Origin: Amoebophrya sp. A120
Taxonomy: Eukaryota > Protista > Dinoflagellata
Direction: 5' to 3'
Assembly: GCA_905178155.1 (NCBI GenBank)
Contig: CAJINV010000016.1
Location: forward strand, 1,687,102 to 1,751,101
DNA: 64,000 nt
Shown here: piece by piece, positions 1 to 13,745 of the stretch
How positions within the stretch are numbered: position 1 is the stretch's first letter
Layout: each line of letters begins with the position of its first letter
Position numbers and translations under genes: made by a program
Notes under the pieces: generated by a model
Database searches by the model: none
Told to the model about the DNA's origin: nothing
What the model saw: the letters and a program-made list of their open reading frames with translations, nothing else

Positions 1-3000
1 TCGTCCCAGAGGATGACAGCACGACAGGATCATGGAAAGCATTCTTCATTTCGATCGATGCAGTTGCAGCTACTGTGATACCCAAGAAGTTCTGGTGGTG
101 GGACGATGTTGCCGCAGCAGCAGCTGCAGAACTACCCGATGCTGGCGCGCTGCTTTGTGTACTAGTCTTCGCATGAATTATATCGCAAGAAAAAAGTGTT
201 ACAGTTACACATTGTGTTGCAGGCCAAGCAAGACAGACAAGCTCTGTCATGCCGGATATGCATCGGAGCCTCCTTTCATAGGTATTTTCCCGTAGGATTT
301 CTGCATTGCAAGTTTTCTCTCTCATGCAGAGAAATTTGTGTTCGCTGAATTGACAACAAATGTGTAACTGTAACACTTTTTTCGTTCGATAAATTACCCT
401 CGGCGCGACCGGGCTGTCCGGTAAAACCAAAACCTTCTTCTATCGTTTTCAAAAACGTCCCCGCCCCATAGTTGTAATGCAATTCTGCATGCTGCAAATG
501 TTTCTCATTCGGAGCCCCATGAGAAGCGTTTTCTAGTCGTGATTTGGAATTTGTCATGCTCCAATCAGCATGGTGTGCTAGATCTGTGATGCTGCTCAGC
601 TAGCTCAAACAGCACTACACTACGAGTCCATGTTTGTCATGCAAAACAGCCAAAACTTGTGGATTTGTCTAGCCGATTCCCCATCTTGACTATGGGGTGG
701 GTACGTTTTTACATATGATATCTTCGGCGTTGGTGTGGTTTTCATCACAACGGGTTGTTTTTTGGAACTCTTCGTCCCTTCGCCTTCGAGCAAATCCGGT
801 GTGACAACTACGTCGTTGAAGATCAATTTTTCGTCCGAGTTGTGGATCAAAACGGTCTTGCAGGTCGTGGTCAACGGGTCCGGAGAAGATTTCGTCACGG
901 TTAACAAATCGTCTGCGGAGAAACAATCTGTTGTTCCCAGGGGGCTCGATTTCGTGCAGTCCAACGGACTGGCTTTGGTGGAAATCGAAGCGCCCAGTGG
1001 GCTGGCTTTGATCGTCGAGTTCTTACGGGAGATGAATTTTTTCGTCGCCGTGGTATTCAGCTGCAGTTGTTCTGGGTCCGATTGCATGGCTTCCTGCTTG
1101 CCTGGTGCAGTAGTACTAGTCGTGGTCCTCGTGTTGTTTGCTGTAGTGGTGCTCGTGCACGACGGTGGTCCTGCTCCAGCTGGTGGCGCACTGACGGACT
1201 TTTGCGTCACTGGGTAGTTGCTCTCGGTCTCGTCGATGCGATTTCGTCCGCACGACTCCAGAAGTTCACTCGATGATTTTCCACCACAAGAACCCTGTTC
1301 CTGCTTTGGCGATTCGATGATTTCCTCGTCCGTGGTCTGATTCAAACTCGTATAGGATTGTTGCGACGGCGATTTGTCATGCGAATCTACTTGCGAAACC
1401 GGAGATTTATCGTCGGAACTACAAGCGCCGGAAGATTCCTGCGACGGTGAAGATTTGCCGGCGTCCGATTGCGAAGAAGATGCTGCGGATAACTCCGCCG
1501 CTTCTCCTCGCCCGGAGGATGGGGAAATCAGATTGCTTTGATGTTCCGATGAGGCGGCGTTGCTGCTTGCGGCAGCTCCGGTAGTCTTTTTTGTTGCAAC
1601 TGCCGTCGTGTTCAGTGCAGCCGTCTTTGATTTCTTCAGATCGGAGGCTCTTTGCTCACTAGTTTTCTTCTTGCTGGTGGTCGTAGTTCCCGCCGACGTA
1701 GCCGCTGTGTTATTTGTTGACGAGCGTTTGGTCGTAGAAGTTGTAGTAGTCCCAGTTGCAGCTGAATTGGAGGTTGCTTTCCGATTTGTAGTCGTCGACG
1801 CTCCGGATTTATGCGACGGTGGCGCCGCGAGGACGGCACTGGTACTCGCCGAACCAGATCCAGTTTTCTTCGACTTTGAAGCTGCATTACTAACCAGCCG
1901 TCCGCTCTTCCGCATTTTCTCCTTCTCCATCTGAATTTTCGTGTAGTCTTTTCGTTCCACTACCTTCGGCGACTCTTTTTTTCCAAAACTAGCGTCCATC
2001 ACTTGAATGTGCTGCTTTAGCTGGTGCAGCGACGGGTCGTTTGATTTGGCGACCTGAAAAAAACGACGTCAAAAGCACAAATTGTTGTCATGGTAAAAAA
2101 CGGGTGGGAATAGGAAAACCTAAATCCTAAAACCAATCATGTGAAACATGCATATAAACGCAGTCCCATCATTTCTCAACGTTGTGGTCGTCTTATCTAC
2201 ATGCATCAAATGTAACCAGCAACCAGACCTATACCTTCTCCCTCAACGCTTTCATTCTCGGATCGCTGCTTTGTGCGATTTTCATGTCCAGCGGACTGGG
2301 CTCGACGAAGGAATCTCCCCCCTTCTGCTTGATAAAATCCACGCTGTTTGTATGCATTGCAAAAGCATCGTACTAGTACAAATCGCATGACAAAATTTAT
2401 CAGAAAGAAAATTGGAATTTGTAATGCAGATTTGGGTAGGAAACCAGATTTGTCATGCATACCTGCAATTCATACGAGTACGATACTTTTGCAGTGGATA
2501 GTTTGTTGACAAGGACAACGGGTTCCCGTTCTTCTTCAGCAACTTCTGCAGTTCCGTCGGGGAGATCGTGTTCAGGCACACGTTGGTCGTTTGCTTGATC
2601 AATTTCTGTTGGTCCAAAGATTGCGACAACTGCTTGATGATTCCCGTGTTCGGCGGTGTGACAGTGCACAACCCCCTCTGTCCCTCATTTGTAATGCAAA
2701 ATACCAAATCCACCCTTGGCCTCTTGGCACTTTTGCATGACAAGTTCTGGCAGCCCAAATAGCGCTACACTCTCGTGCAAATTTGTGATGCAAAGCCGGC
2801 ACTCTTGCTGATGCTTGTATTGCCGTTCATGCCATACAAAAAAAAAGGGAGGGGGAGTTGTGCACTGTCATAGTCGGGGGGATGCCCGTAACACTCGCCG
2901 CTTTCGGATTGTTCGGTTGCTTCTTCTTCATCGACTCCGCCTTCTTCGGACTGGAATTCTCGTCCGAGTCCTCCTTCGATTTCGGTGGCGGCGGTGGCGG

Positions 3001-4390
3001 CGCGTGCTTCTGGACAGGCGGCGGGACCATGGGGTGGGCCTGAGGTACGGTAGTCAGTGGGTTGATAGCTGCTGATGTGTCGACGGCTCCTCCTGCCGCG
3101 CTTGATGATGAATCGGCTTGATGTTGCGCGGCTGCAGCTGCTGCACCCTGACCGCCGACACCAGTGTTGCTGGCTTGGGAGTGAGAGGAATACGTGCGGG
3201 TAGCGGAAAGAGCAGCAGCCGTTGAAGCTGCTGCTCCTGCGTGGTACTGGCTGTGGTAATAGGCGGAAGCTGCGGCAGTAGATCCTGTGGTGGCGTTTAT
3301 TGCGTAGTCACCTCCCGCTGTGCCGTACTGATGTAGTCCACCTCCGCTTGTTCCCCCGTGAAGATCACCTCCGTAGTAACTGCCGTACGCCGCTGCAGCT
3401 GCGCCGTTACCACCTCCGTAGTGAAGATCACCACCTCCATAATTGCCGCTGGTGTGGTCATGATGATGTACAGCAGCTGCAGTACTGTACAAGCCTGTAT
3501 TCGTGTTGTAGTAGGAGTTGTGATAAGAACCACCTCCTGTTGTTCCTTTCGTGATCGGCCCCGTGTTGACCGCGTGATGTCCACCTCCGTAGTTGTACCC
3601 CTTACTCGACACTCCAGCCACGTTACAACCGTAGCCATAGTAGTCGTGGTTGTTGTAACCAGCTGCGCCTTTCCCAGCGGAATTGTTGTATGATGCGGAA
3701 GTAGAGGCCCACTTCATCCCACCACCTGCTCCGGAGTTGTATTTACTTCCACCGCCTTTGCTGGAGGTCCTCGTCGTGGTTGCAACGGGGGCGGCGGGCA
3801 TTGTTACAGCAGATGCAGCTCCGGCGGTTGTAGATGCTGCAATTGTTTCGCCAGTGGCAGCTGCCCCCGCGGTGGCAACTTTGCTGGCACCAACAGCATT
3901 CCCGCCGGCGGCCCTGGAGTAGAGTTGAAATGCGTGCAAGTTCAGTAACTGCTGCTGCAGCACAAGGGTTCTCTCGGCAAAGCTCTTATCAAGCTCAATT
4001 TGTGCTTGCAAGCGAGACGCAAAACCGCTCTGCTGGATTGATTCCAGGTTTCTTCTGACTGTCTCGTCTGTACCGAGCTCTGGCTCGTAATCGTAGTGCG
4101 TAAAATTTTATGCATTGCAAAAGTAGTATCGTACTCGTATAAATGCATTACATGCATTACAAACTTCCTCAGCATGGGAAACAAAATTTGTCATGCGGGT
4201 TTACCTTAGGGAAAAAATTTGTAATGCATGACTGCAATTACTACGAGTGCGATACTTTTGCACAGGATAAATTTCCACTCTTGATCATGCCACTCCTGGC
4301 ATTGATGATTTCTAGCTGATACAGCTTCTCTGCTGCAGAGAGCTTGGTAAAAGGCGGATCTCCGACTCTGTTGTAATTGCAGCGCTGCAT
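1..4390 (-). CDS. Large low-complexity (S/T/G/Y-rich) hypothetical protein, multi-exon, runs off the left edge
   Basis: ATG at 4390. Frame stays open after removing five TIR inserts (4109, 2657, 2351, 441, 181; each plus one 5-bp repeat) and a GT-AG intron at 2054-2234; joins ORFs 2827..4011 and 620..2002. No domain recognised. Confidence 0.7.
181..391. mobile_element. Introner, family G
   Basis: TIR TATCG..AAAAAAGTGTTACAGTTACACA / TGTGTAACTGTAACACTTTTTT..CGATA; direct repeat AATTA; removal gives ..APRVI|HAKTS.. Confidence 0.88.
441..720. mobile_element. Introner, family B
   Basis: TIR TATC..AAAAACGTCCCCGCCCCATAG / CTATGGGGTGGGTACGTTTTT..GATA; repeat TCTTC; removal gives ..TPK|KVLVLP.. Confidence 0.9.
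2351..2500. mobile_element. Introner, family A
   Basis: TIR TATGCATTGCAAAAGCATCGTACT / AGTACGATACTTTTGCAGTGGATA; repeat GTTTG; frame restored (..LSTN|SVDF..). Confidence 0.9.
2657..2872. mobile_element. Introner, family H (single copy)
   Basis: TIR TGTGACAGTGCACAAC / GTTGTGCACTGTCATA; repeat GGCGG/GTCGG (1 mismatch); frame restored (..GIPPT|NTGII..). Confidence 0.8.
4109..4269. mobile_element. Introner, family A
   Basis: Family A TIR; repeat AATTT; frame restored (..KSGNF|THYDY..). Confidence 0.9.
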
Positions 4391-5990
4391 AGTGTCAACG
4401 TGATTTAGGAAACTCAAAGAACTTCAAAACTGTCCAAAGAAAGTAGTGTACGAGGAGGCGTCGATAAAATAGCCAATGGCAGCTGTAGTACAGTAAGCAC
4501 GATGTGGTATGAAAGCTAGTTGTGTAGAAGGACGAGCACAAGCAGAACCAGTCTAAGTCAGAGTAACTGCTCTCCTCCTTCAAAAGCTGAAAGAAAGAAA
4601 ACTCGAAAAAAAGATGACTGTTATCTGGTTGATCTCAGTCGATGTGGACATCTGCGCGCTTTAGGGTAAGGTGGCTACTTTGCGGCAACTTTGAGCGATA
4701 GAAGGACGACAACATCTTCACATACAACTGCGAGATGGCGCACGTGGTCTTCTCCTGTATTTCTAAACTCACCACTCAAACTCATCTCATGCTCGAGCCC
4801 GAATCACTAGAGGCGAGATCTTCTGTCACATCAACAGATAGCATCGTCAAATTGAAATTGAAAGTGGGGGAATATACGCGAGGTTTGACGAGCACGATAA
4901 ACAGACCATCTTCAAAGGCAATCGCAATAAAACCGAGGAGAGGAATGAGTGAAAGCCGCATCGCAAAAATAAATACCCAGCATATCCGCTTCCCCCGCCG
5001 CTCGTCGAAGGCTGCGGTTGTGACGCCGAAGTCTTGAAGAGCAAGGGAGAGGGCGGTTTGTCTTCCAGTGTCGCGGCGGCGGCCGTAGTCGAACTGAATT
5101 TCGGCATTACAGGTTCACTTACATCACAACGCATTCTGTCATACAAGAAGACATATACTTTCAAACCGCAAACGTGCACGACAACATGCACACAACGAAA
5201 TAAGTAAACAACTCTCACTACCTCCCGCCGTTTTGAGCAACTCCTGCGTCAGACGCCATTCTTTGTCTACGCCGGACGACGGGCTGCTCGTCGTGCAGCT
5301 TCCGGTTGTTCTTCTTGTTCGCGGAACAAGCTACTACGACCACGATCCTGCTGCTAGGGCTACGCTGCGACCAGTCCACGACGCCCGGTGGTCATGTGTT
5401 TTCATGCAAGAACTGTCTCGTGGATTTCGATTTCAGTTGTTTTAACACAGCACAGACAGGCAGTTCCAGGACATCACCGTCGTGTGTTGCTCCGTAAAAA
5501 TAGACCCTCAACATCTCATCACCACTCGCTCTTTCGTTCTTGCTGCAGCAGTAGTGCAATTGCTCTCTTCGAATCCACCTCCAGATATTCTCGTCATCTG
5601 TCTCGACGGTTGTTCGTACTTACTCTCAGTCAATTCTTCTTCATTGCGCATCTCTAAACTTCTTCTGTTCCTTGCCTGTGTTCCTGAAGCAGATCTTTTC
5701 AGCGCGCTGCAGTTGGCACCCAAGCCCTGCAGTGAACAATCAGCGACGAGAAGGTCCGTCTCGTCACAAGTTGCACGTTGTGCTTCAAGAACAAAAAGGA
5801 CACGCGGCTGTGCTCTCACGACAAGATTCATCTGCGGAACCATACCGCGGAATGAGATGCTGTGCGAAGACCTTGAACAGTACTTTCGCGCCGTTCTTCT
5901 TACCGTTGTTGGAAATAGATGAATACACCCTCGTTGCGTAGTCTCTATCTTCTGTCACCGCGAAGAACGCAGCCTGCGTGCGCTGGTGCA

Positions 5991-6138
5991 TATCTTCCTG
6001 TGCAAAAGTATCGCACTCGCATTGCAATCATGCATTACAAGTTTCCTCGTTAAGTCAAATCCGCATTACAAATTTTATCTCTCACGCTGATGAAATTTGT
6101 AATGCATTTATGCGAGTGCGATACTTTTGCAATGCATA
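5991..6138. mobile_element. Introner, family A (host gene not resolved)
   Basis: TIR TATC..TGCAAAAGTATCGCACTCG / CGAGTGCGATACTTTTGCAATGCATA; repeat GTGCA; probably inside a short unrecognised minus-strand ORF. Confidence 0.8.
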
Positions 6139-6422
6139 GTGCAAGTGCGACGGCAACTGCACAGGAGGCTACGAACTACAAACGGGACAACAAGAGCGTT
6201 CGTAGAAGAAGATCATCATATGCGTCATGTCGTATGTTGCAGTTAATCTATCACATCATGCGCGCGTAGTTTCTCTTTATGTTTCATCGTTCTCGAGGTC
6301 ATGTGGTACCAAATGCAAATGTCACAGTACGACCACTAAGAAATTTAAATTTCATCAGATTTCTCATTCTATGTTAAACTGTCGGGAAGCACGTTGGACC
6401 ACCAGCATGATCCACAAGTCCT

Positions 6423-7296
6423 CTACGGCGGTTTCGCCACGTTTCCCGCGTCCCCGCTTGTAACGGCCGGCGCGCTGGAACTCTTCTTGGCTTGCGGCAA
6501 CACTGGTGTCATGGTTTGCAGGTGGTGGAAGCCCGGCTGTTCTTTTGGTTTTCTACTTCTCCTCCCACCTGCAAAAGAGAACAAGCCGCAGCAGCCACTG
6601 CTTCTCGACGTGCTGCCATGTGGTTCCCGCGATTTTATGCTCATTGCACTCGACGGATCTGCTCTGCTGTCACCGAGCTCCGCCGCGAGCGCCCGCAACT
6701 CGGCGTGGCCGAGCGTTTGGACGATAGCCGGGCGGAAACCCTCCATCATCTCAATACCGGAATTTGGCGAGGGCGGTTCGTTGGTCTCGTCTGCGATTGC
6801 CGTCTGCACCTTTTTCGACAGGTACTGGCGGTACCATTCTAAGACCCTCGAGTGGTACAGCTCGTGCACCGTGAAGAAGTCGGGAAAGGTGTAGCGCGCG
6901 ACAAGCTCCTCCAGGATGTGGTTGCCTGAGTGGTGGTGGGGGGTCATTTTTGATGGAGTTGTGCGAGGACGTTCATAGAACTTTCGTTTGCAACACAGGG
7001 TGTATAGCAACTGTATATGTAGTGAAAGTGAAAGAACATCAAACCAATAACCATAAGTACTTACCTCCCGCGCGCATCCACCTCAAGTGTTCGTTGCTCC
7101 AGTTGTCCAGTGCAGCAGACTTTACACGACTTATGTGCGTCCCGAAAGACCGGTGATGGCCGGAGCAGGAGGAACAGATCCAAATGCCGAGATTGAGCGA
7201 GCACCATTGCGGATTGTCTTGGAGACAGTCGAAACACTTCTGGTTCGCTTCGTTAGACTGGTAGACCTCGTCCAGGGTGGCCTGGATGATTGTCAT
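6423..7296 (-). CDS. ArfGAP-domain protein (ArfGAP1-like)
   Basis: Zn finger CFDC-x16-CSSC-SGHHRSFGTHISRVKS..LDNW..MRAGG in 7039..7296; GT donor at 7064; second exon in ORF 6423..7010 (acceptor not resolved). Confidence 0.85.
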
Positions 7297-7411
7297 TCGA
7301 GAACATATATAAATTTCAGGACATTAATTTTCATCAAGTTGCAGTCATGCAACACAAACTCATCATCGTAAAACGTAAATTTGCATGTGAAGATCGCATG
7401 ACAAACAACCC

Positions 7412-9582
7412 TTAATATACCAGGTTCGGATCGTCCGGTGAGTATTTGGAGACCAACAAAAAGAAGTCCCGATAGTTCTTCATCAGCGATTTCTCGTGCG
7501 CTTTCTCTGCCGCCTGCTTCATTTTTTTCACATCCACCTGATTGTCTTTCAAGAACAACCCGAACGACTTTGCGTCCTTCAAGTGCTTGGAGGGGTGTCT
7601 GCTCGTCGTGTCCTTCGACGAATCCGACCTGCTCGCGAGCCCGGAAGAGCCCATGGTCCGCAAAATTTTTGCCCCTAAGCTCATCTTTTTCGACTTACTT
7701 TCGTCGGTAGAGGGTGCGGAGCTATCGCGGGAGGACGTTCGTTCCTCGACCGACGATATGGATTGCAAAAATGTCTGGGTCTGGAAGAATGCAACCTGTG
7801 ATGCATGTTGCGCATCATACAAAAATCTGTGTTGCGTGACTTGCAAAAGGTGCTCATTTCTGGCCATGCTGCGGGGGCATTTCTTATGCAGAACAGCAGG
7901 CATCACAAAGGGGCTGCAGCTCCTGTGATGCTAGGTCCTGCATTCCAGACTTAGTGGAGCTTGGAAAAACTGCATGACAAATCTCGGAATCTTCCAGACC
8001 CAGACATTTTTACATTTGATAGACGAGATTGTCTCCTGCGTCGCTTCCTTCTTCGGCAGGGGGGCAGAAGAGCCGATGTCCCGTGTTACCGTCGCCCCGT
8101 AGTTGTTAGAAGCACTTGCGGGAACTGCAGCTGCTGCTGTTGTACTAACCCCTGGCGGCCCGCTCGAACTAAGCGCCGTTGTATATGGCGTTCTCAAGCG
8201 TTACATTCTCAACTGTTACATGATTTGTCATGCAAAATCACAAGTAGAATTGATACGAACAAGCTGCTCCGCATGACAAATTCTCGAAGAGCCAAACAGG
8301 CTGAGAATCTGTGCCAAATCTGTCATGCTAGACGCGCAAGGTCACCCCTTTGACTTTTGCCATTCTTGCATCACAAATTCATGCAACAGCTGAGAATGTA
8401 ACAGTTGAGAACGCCATATTGTAGTACAACCCCTAGTAGCGGTCGCTTCGGAGAACGAGAAGGTAGAACTCCCCTCCTGTTTTGCGTTGCCCTCTGCGCT
8501 GAAGTCCGGCTGGATTGCTGTTAGACCTCCAGAGAGTTCCTGGTCTTTGGAGGTAGAACGCTGCTCGCGACCCGTCGGATACAACCGATTGGCACTGTCC
8601 GTGCTCGCTTGGTGCGCCAACGCAGCGGATGTCGTCGTTTTCTTCCCGCTTCCAAGAATCGTCGAACTAGTCGCACTGCCGGGCGTGAACCCGACGTTCG
8701 TGGCAAAGGACCGGGTGCGGAAGGTGCGGAGTTTGGCGTAGTCGGAGCTCTTTTTGATGCTGTATGGCGTTCTCAAACGTTACACTCTCAACTGTTACAT
8801 GGATTTGTCATGCAAAAGCAACTTCAGCCGGCACATGATCGAGCTGCTTCGCATGACAAATTTCGGAAGGGCTAAACAGCATCTAAATCTGCGCCAAACT
8901 TGTAATGCAAAAGGCGCAATCTTCCTCCTTTCACTTGTTTTGCCAGTCTTGCATTACAAATCCATGTAACAGTTGAGAATGTAACATTTGAGAACTCCAT
9001 ATGCTGGGATACTCGGTTCGGGAAGAAACCGAAGTGCCACTGGTGCGGTTGTTGTAGGCGACATTTTCGAGATCGTCGTCGTATGTGGCGGAGCCCTGCG
9101 CCCCGAGTGGTTTGTGAGCGCGACCTGCAAACGTCGCCGCAGCGGTCTGCGACTGTCGAATCGGTGGCGGGTTTTCGCTACCCCAACGCATCCTGTCGTT
9201 TCGCGTTTCTTCACCGTCGGTAACATTTTCGTCGTCGTTGACAGAACCTGCGATCAACATGTGCTGGGGTTTATTATTTTTCGGCTCCCAGCACATTCAG
9301 GATCCGAAGGAAGTAGTAATGGATACTATTGGCTACCGGCGGTCATGCTGAAAAGCATTCCTGTTTCTGTATGTTCATTTCCCAAACAGTTCCTAATCCA
9401 CACTGAAGATACACACAATATTTCTCCGTACCCCCTGCCTCCCATCGCGTCCCATCTCGTGTTGGTGAGGCCGTGGTGAACTGCCTCTGGTCGTCGATTT
9501 GCTCGGTATGACGGGAATGCTCCAGGTCGTCGTTCACCGCCGCTGCTGCGAAAGGATCGTCCATTGCCATCAGAAAGACCAT
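7412..9582 (-). CDS. Hypothetical S/T-rich protein, multi-exon
   Basis: ORFs 8931..9296, 8342..8776, 7931..8197 and 7412..7906 join in frame after removing inserts at 8763, 8184 and 7757; 5' end uncertain. Confidence 0.6.
7757..8021. mobile_element. Introner, family D
   Basis: TIR TAT..TGCAAAAATGTCTGGGTCTGGAAGA / TCTTCCAGACCCAGACATTTTTACA..ATA; repeat GACGA; frame restored. Confidence 0.9.
8184..8418. mobile_element. Introner, family C
   Basis: ~39-bp TIR TATGGCGTTCTCAA..GTTACATTCTCA.CTGTTACATG; repeat TTGTA; frame restored. Confidence 0.92.
8763..9001. mobile_element. Introner, family C
   Basis: Family C TIR; repeat TGCTG; frame restored (..YPS|IKKSS..). Confidence 0.9.
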
Positions 9583-10524
9583 GATGCTGCGTTTCTTACT
9601 TGAGAATCGACAGGTAGGTCGCTGGCCGCTGCAAACAGGCTGCGCCTGGCGATGTTGATGAACAATAATATAGACCAGTATACTCTTACCCGTGTTCTCA
9701 CAACTTCGACAGAGGCAACTCACACTCACGCCCTCCTGTAGTTGCGGCGGCGCTTCTGGTAGCTACTTCTTCCAAGACAATGTAATGAGGGTGAAGAAGT
9801 AGATTTGCGATGCTTCAATACTCTGTGACCACTCAACAGGCTTCCATGCGGTTTTCGTGATAAAAGCCGTAAGACTTTGCATCAGCATGAACTACGATTG
9901 TTCAGAAACTCAAACTTTATCAATCCATCCTTGAAGAAACAAGGCCGGGGTCTCCAAGACACTCCTGGTGCCTTGTTTCGTTTCTCACCGATGTTATGGT
10001 GCCCTGATGGATAAACGGACCCAGACCTAATTACCACTTCACAGAATCATCATCATGATTTATCCTGCACAAAATCAAAACTTTTGTGGGCGGGGAGCTA
10101 ACGCAGCGCGCCTTTCTTGCGTTGTCAGTTACAACACCTACAACACGCTCGACACACTGAATGCTACATTTCAACAATACACATCGACACAGGAACATGA
10201 GCAAACACAAGAAGCTGCCGGCCTATATTGTTTTTTGTAGGACCACCTACGAGATGAACGAGTCATGGGTAGTTGGCAGGAACGACCGGGCCGGACGCCG
10301 AGAGCTGCCTGCTTCAGGAGCGAGTCCCTTACAATCTCATTTACAGACAAAGAAGTCAATTTATTGCAATACGACGACGGCGCCCGCTCGCACGCACCAC
10401 AAGGGGGCGGCAGCAGCTCAACTTGAGGGCCGCGCCGGATCAGACAATATGCGCTTACTGACATAACACGGGGGCCCCATTCCTCCTGGCGCATCGAAAT
10501 ACACCTGAAAGCAAAATCCATGGA

Positions 10525-11640
10525 CGAGTGAGAGCCCGGCGCCCCGCGGCTACATACGATACCCGCGCACCGGGCTGGCGCGCAGCTAGGCAGCCAGCCA
10601 GGGCCTCAAGCACCGGTCCGGAGGGGCCAAGGGGCGCCCGCGCAGCAGCCTACGGCTGGCCGGCCCCGGGGGAAGGCGGCCGCGCCGGATGCAGGTGGGC
10701 CCCGTGTCAATGAATGAGGCACGCGGGCCGGCCGCCCGCGCGCCACAACCTTGCGGGCGCGCCCGCGGGGTTTTGGCAACACAGGAAGGGAAGCGCCGGG
10801 GCGGGGGCCAGAGTAGCGGGGGTGGTAGGTGGCGTGGGTCTCCGTAGCGCTCTCGCTCGACCGGAGCATCCCAGCGAGATGCATGAGCTCTGGGTATACC
10901 TTGAGGATGGTCTCCCCACCCGCTGAGGACGCGGGTGCTATCGTCGCCTTGGCCCACTTCTCCCTTTCCGCCATCACCTTTCCAGCGATGACTTACCTTC
11001 AGGGGATCCTGGGGCGGGCCTGTCGCTCTTCTTTTTCGGCCGTCTGCACATTGCCTCCGGGCCTCATGCATGGGGCCCGGTTTCTGCGGAATGGATGTCG
11101 TGGGGCTCTATGGCCGGCTCCCGGCCGGGTGCCCCCAGAAGGCGCCAGCCCCGAGCGATGGAAGGGCCGCGGCCCGGCCGCCCGCCCCGCGCGCCCCGGG
11201 AAGGCGGACGGCGCTCGCGCGCCACCGACCGCCGGCGCGCGCGCCAAGCGGGGCGCGGCCCGGCCTGCTGCGGCGGGCGCCGGCCATCACAGGCCCCGAG
11301 AACCCAAACCCTCGCCACTGATTACAATCACGCGCGGGCCCCCCTCGGTAAATGCCGCCAAGCCCCCGCCCGGCCTCCGAGCCCATTCCAAGGCAACGCG
11401 GCCCGCCGCCCTCCTGGGCGCACCTGTTGGGCGCCCGGGCGTTCCCCGGGGCGCCGCCTTTTCCCATGCTACGGGCCTCCACGAATTTCCACCCCGGGGC
11501 CATGCGCTTCAGTCACGGCGCTTCGATTTTCAGGCCGATCACGAACATAGGAGGCGGGCCGTCGCGGTGGGCGCGCATCGGTCTAGTTTGCTAAGACCTT
11601 GCGTCACTCCGCGAACCGCTCGCGATGTCTCTGCACCATC
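10525..11640. other. GC-rich intergenic island of unknown nature, possibly a repeat or transposon remnant
   Basis: Abrupt shift to much higher GC than the flanks; only R/P/A/G-rich ORFs; no termini identified. Confidence 0.35.
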
Positions 11641-12051
11641 GGGATAAAGTGGAAGCAGTATACACAAAAACAGAACTGGGAGCGTGCTTCTCATGTTTGT
11701 TGAACAACACCGCCGAAGTTGCTATGAACACTGAGTAGATCACTCCAACTATATTTGAAATCGTGTTTTACACTTCGATCCTTGCCGCTTTCGTGGCGGC
11801 GCTTTCGTTGCGGCGCAGAAGTCGTTTCTCTCTTTTTTCGTCCGCAGAGATAAAGGTGTATAGTACTAGTAGTTGTACGGGTATACAGATTCCCCTTACA
11901 TCGCTTTTCGCTACACAAACACAACAAGTCGCAAGTTACAGCGGCACGAATCAAGTCCCGTTTCAGCAACTCCAACTGACAACATTCACGGCAAATGATG
12001 ATGTCCGACAGTGCGTAAAAAGCGTCGTGGTCGACCAAACTCGCCTTTTCT

Positions 12052-13745
12052 TCACAAATCCGTGGATTTAAAGTCCACATTGCCATCGACCTGCCCACCA
12101 GTCGCTTTCATCAAGAGATCCGTTTCGTTCTGTGTGGTTTCCTTCAAAACTAACTTCTCTCCGGGTTCGAAAGCAGGCATCCCTCGGAACGGACACCCGT
12201 CGCAGCGGAAATCGTCGCCGAGTGCGCAGTTTCCGCACTTCGATTCGACCTGATAAAGAATTTATTTTTTGGGATGAATTTTTATGCAATTCATTGACCA
12301 GTAGTTTTCGACATAGGACGAAGACCATCTTCAGGCTCGTCAGGCACCAACAGCAGTGCTACATGTATTTGTACTTCCATTTGCTGGTGTTTATGTAGCT
12401 TGAGACAAAACTAAAACTGTCCACACTCAAACAGGAGCCGACAAGTTGTTGTACCTGCCCGGTCCGGAGCATCTCATTCGCTTTTTCCACGCCGTGCTTC
12501 TTTTCCAACTCCCCTCGTCCGCAACTGCAGTTCGCGCAAGCCTTCTTCTTGTCGCCCGGCTTCGGCGGCGCACACACCTTCGCCTTCGTTCTGGCAAGCT
12601 GTTTGTTGAACTTCCGCATTTCCGTCTGGCGCCACTTGATTATCGCGTCTAAATCCGTCGTTCGTTTCGACACGAACGCTTTCGTCTTACCAGTCAGATT
12701 CACGACCTGGTTAGAAGAAGTAGTGCTAGTGTTCGTTGGTGAAGTTGTACTCGAGCCGTATTCAGCATTCGCCCCCGTGCCAAGTTCTTGCTCCGAATGA
12801 GTACTGCTGCTTGAACTGCTGGAAGCGGACGTGGTTTGCTCCGGTGTGGCTAGAGCTACAGAAGTGTCGGTATTATCTGACCCCGAAAATGCTTTTACCA
12901 ACGACACCGTTCCGAAATTTCTCGGCTTCTCCAAGGTTAGTTGCAAGACCGAGTATTCCTTTGCGGTGGCGACCGCAGTCCAGTGCTTCAGCTGGAAACC
13001 GGCGTACACTGCTTCCGTCTCGATGTCAAAAAGCTGCTCGCGGGTCGAGTCCATGGCGGTCTGGGTTGTGGATGTGATGAATCCGAATCAGAAGTCGCGG
13101 CTCTACTACATTTTTCTAGCGCAGATGAAATAAACAAAGTCCGTCCTGAAGACACACGTGGCGTCTCACTCTCAGTGGTCCTTGTGCTATCATCAATCTT
13201 CAAGAACTTCGAAACTCTTCAGGCAAGAAAAGCATACTAGAATAAAAATCTCTGCTTACCTCTATTGTCAACGTGCCGCTTTCCCTGAGCGCCAGAAAGA
13301 GTTCCCTCAAAATTCCGGACCCCGTCCGCCCGACCGCGTTTTGCTGGTAACAGCAGAGCAAAATTTCGCTGCAGGTGTTCTCCAGTGTCTTCCCGCAGAC
13401 CCCGCTCTCCAGCGCCTCGGTCACTTCAAACAGCAACGCTTTCTGTACAAACCCACCGTGAAACTTCACGTAGGAGCTAGCTTTTTGACTCCCTTTGATG
13501 TCGCCGCGGACGTAGAGGGCAAGTTTTAGTGCGCTGGTCATGGAGGAGTTTTTAGAGCTGGAACTGGACGATGATGTCGCAGAAGAAGAACTGGTGATTG
13601 GCGAGAGGAAGCTCGAAAAGGGCGCTCCCGTCCCATGGCAAATGTCGATGGGCACCACGGTTTCGCTTGAGAACGAGTCGCCCAACCACTTCGCCCGGAG
13701 CTGGTGGTAGGCGAACCCGAGGTTGTCTAGGACTTGGGCGGTCAT
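12052..13745 (-). CDS. DRE2: Anamorsin / Dre2 (CIAPIN1) Fe-S cluster assembly protein
   Basis: C-terminal motifs [12 protein letters not shown] and [30 protein letters not shown]; GT-AG introns at 13061-13259 and 12250-12454; stop TGA at 12052. Confidence 0.9.

Noticed and set aside
10525-11640. rRNA or ITS identity for the GC-rich island
   Set aside because: No conserved rRNA signature sequences recognised.
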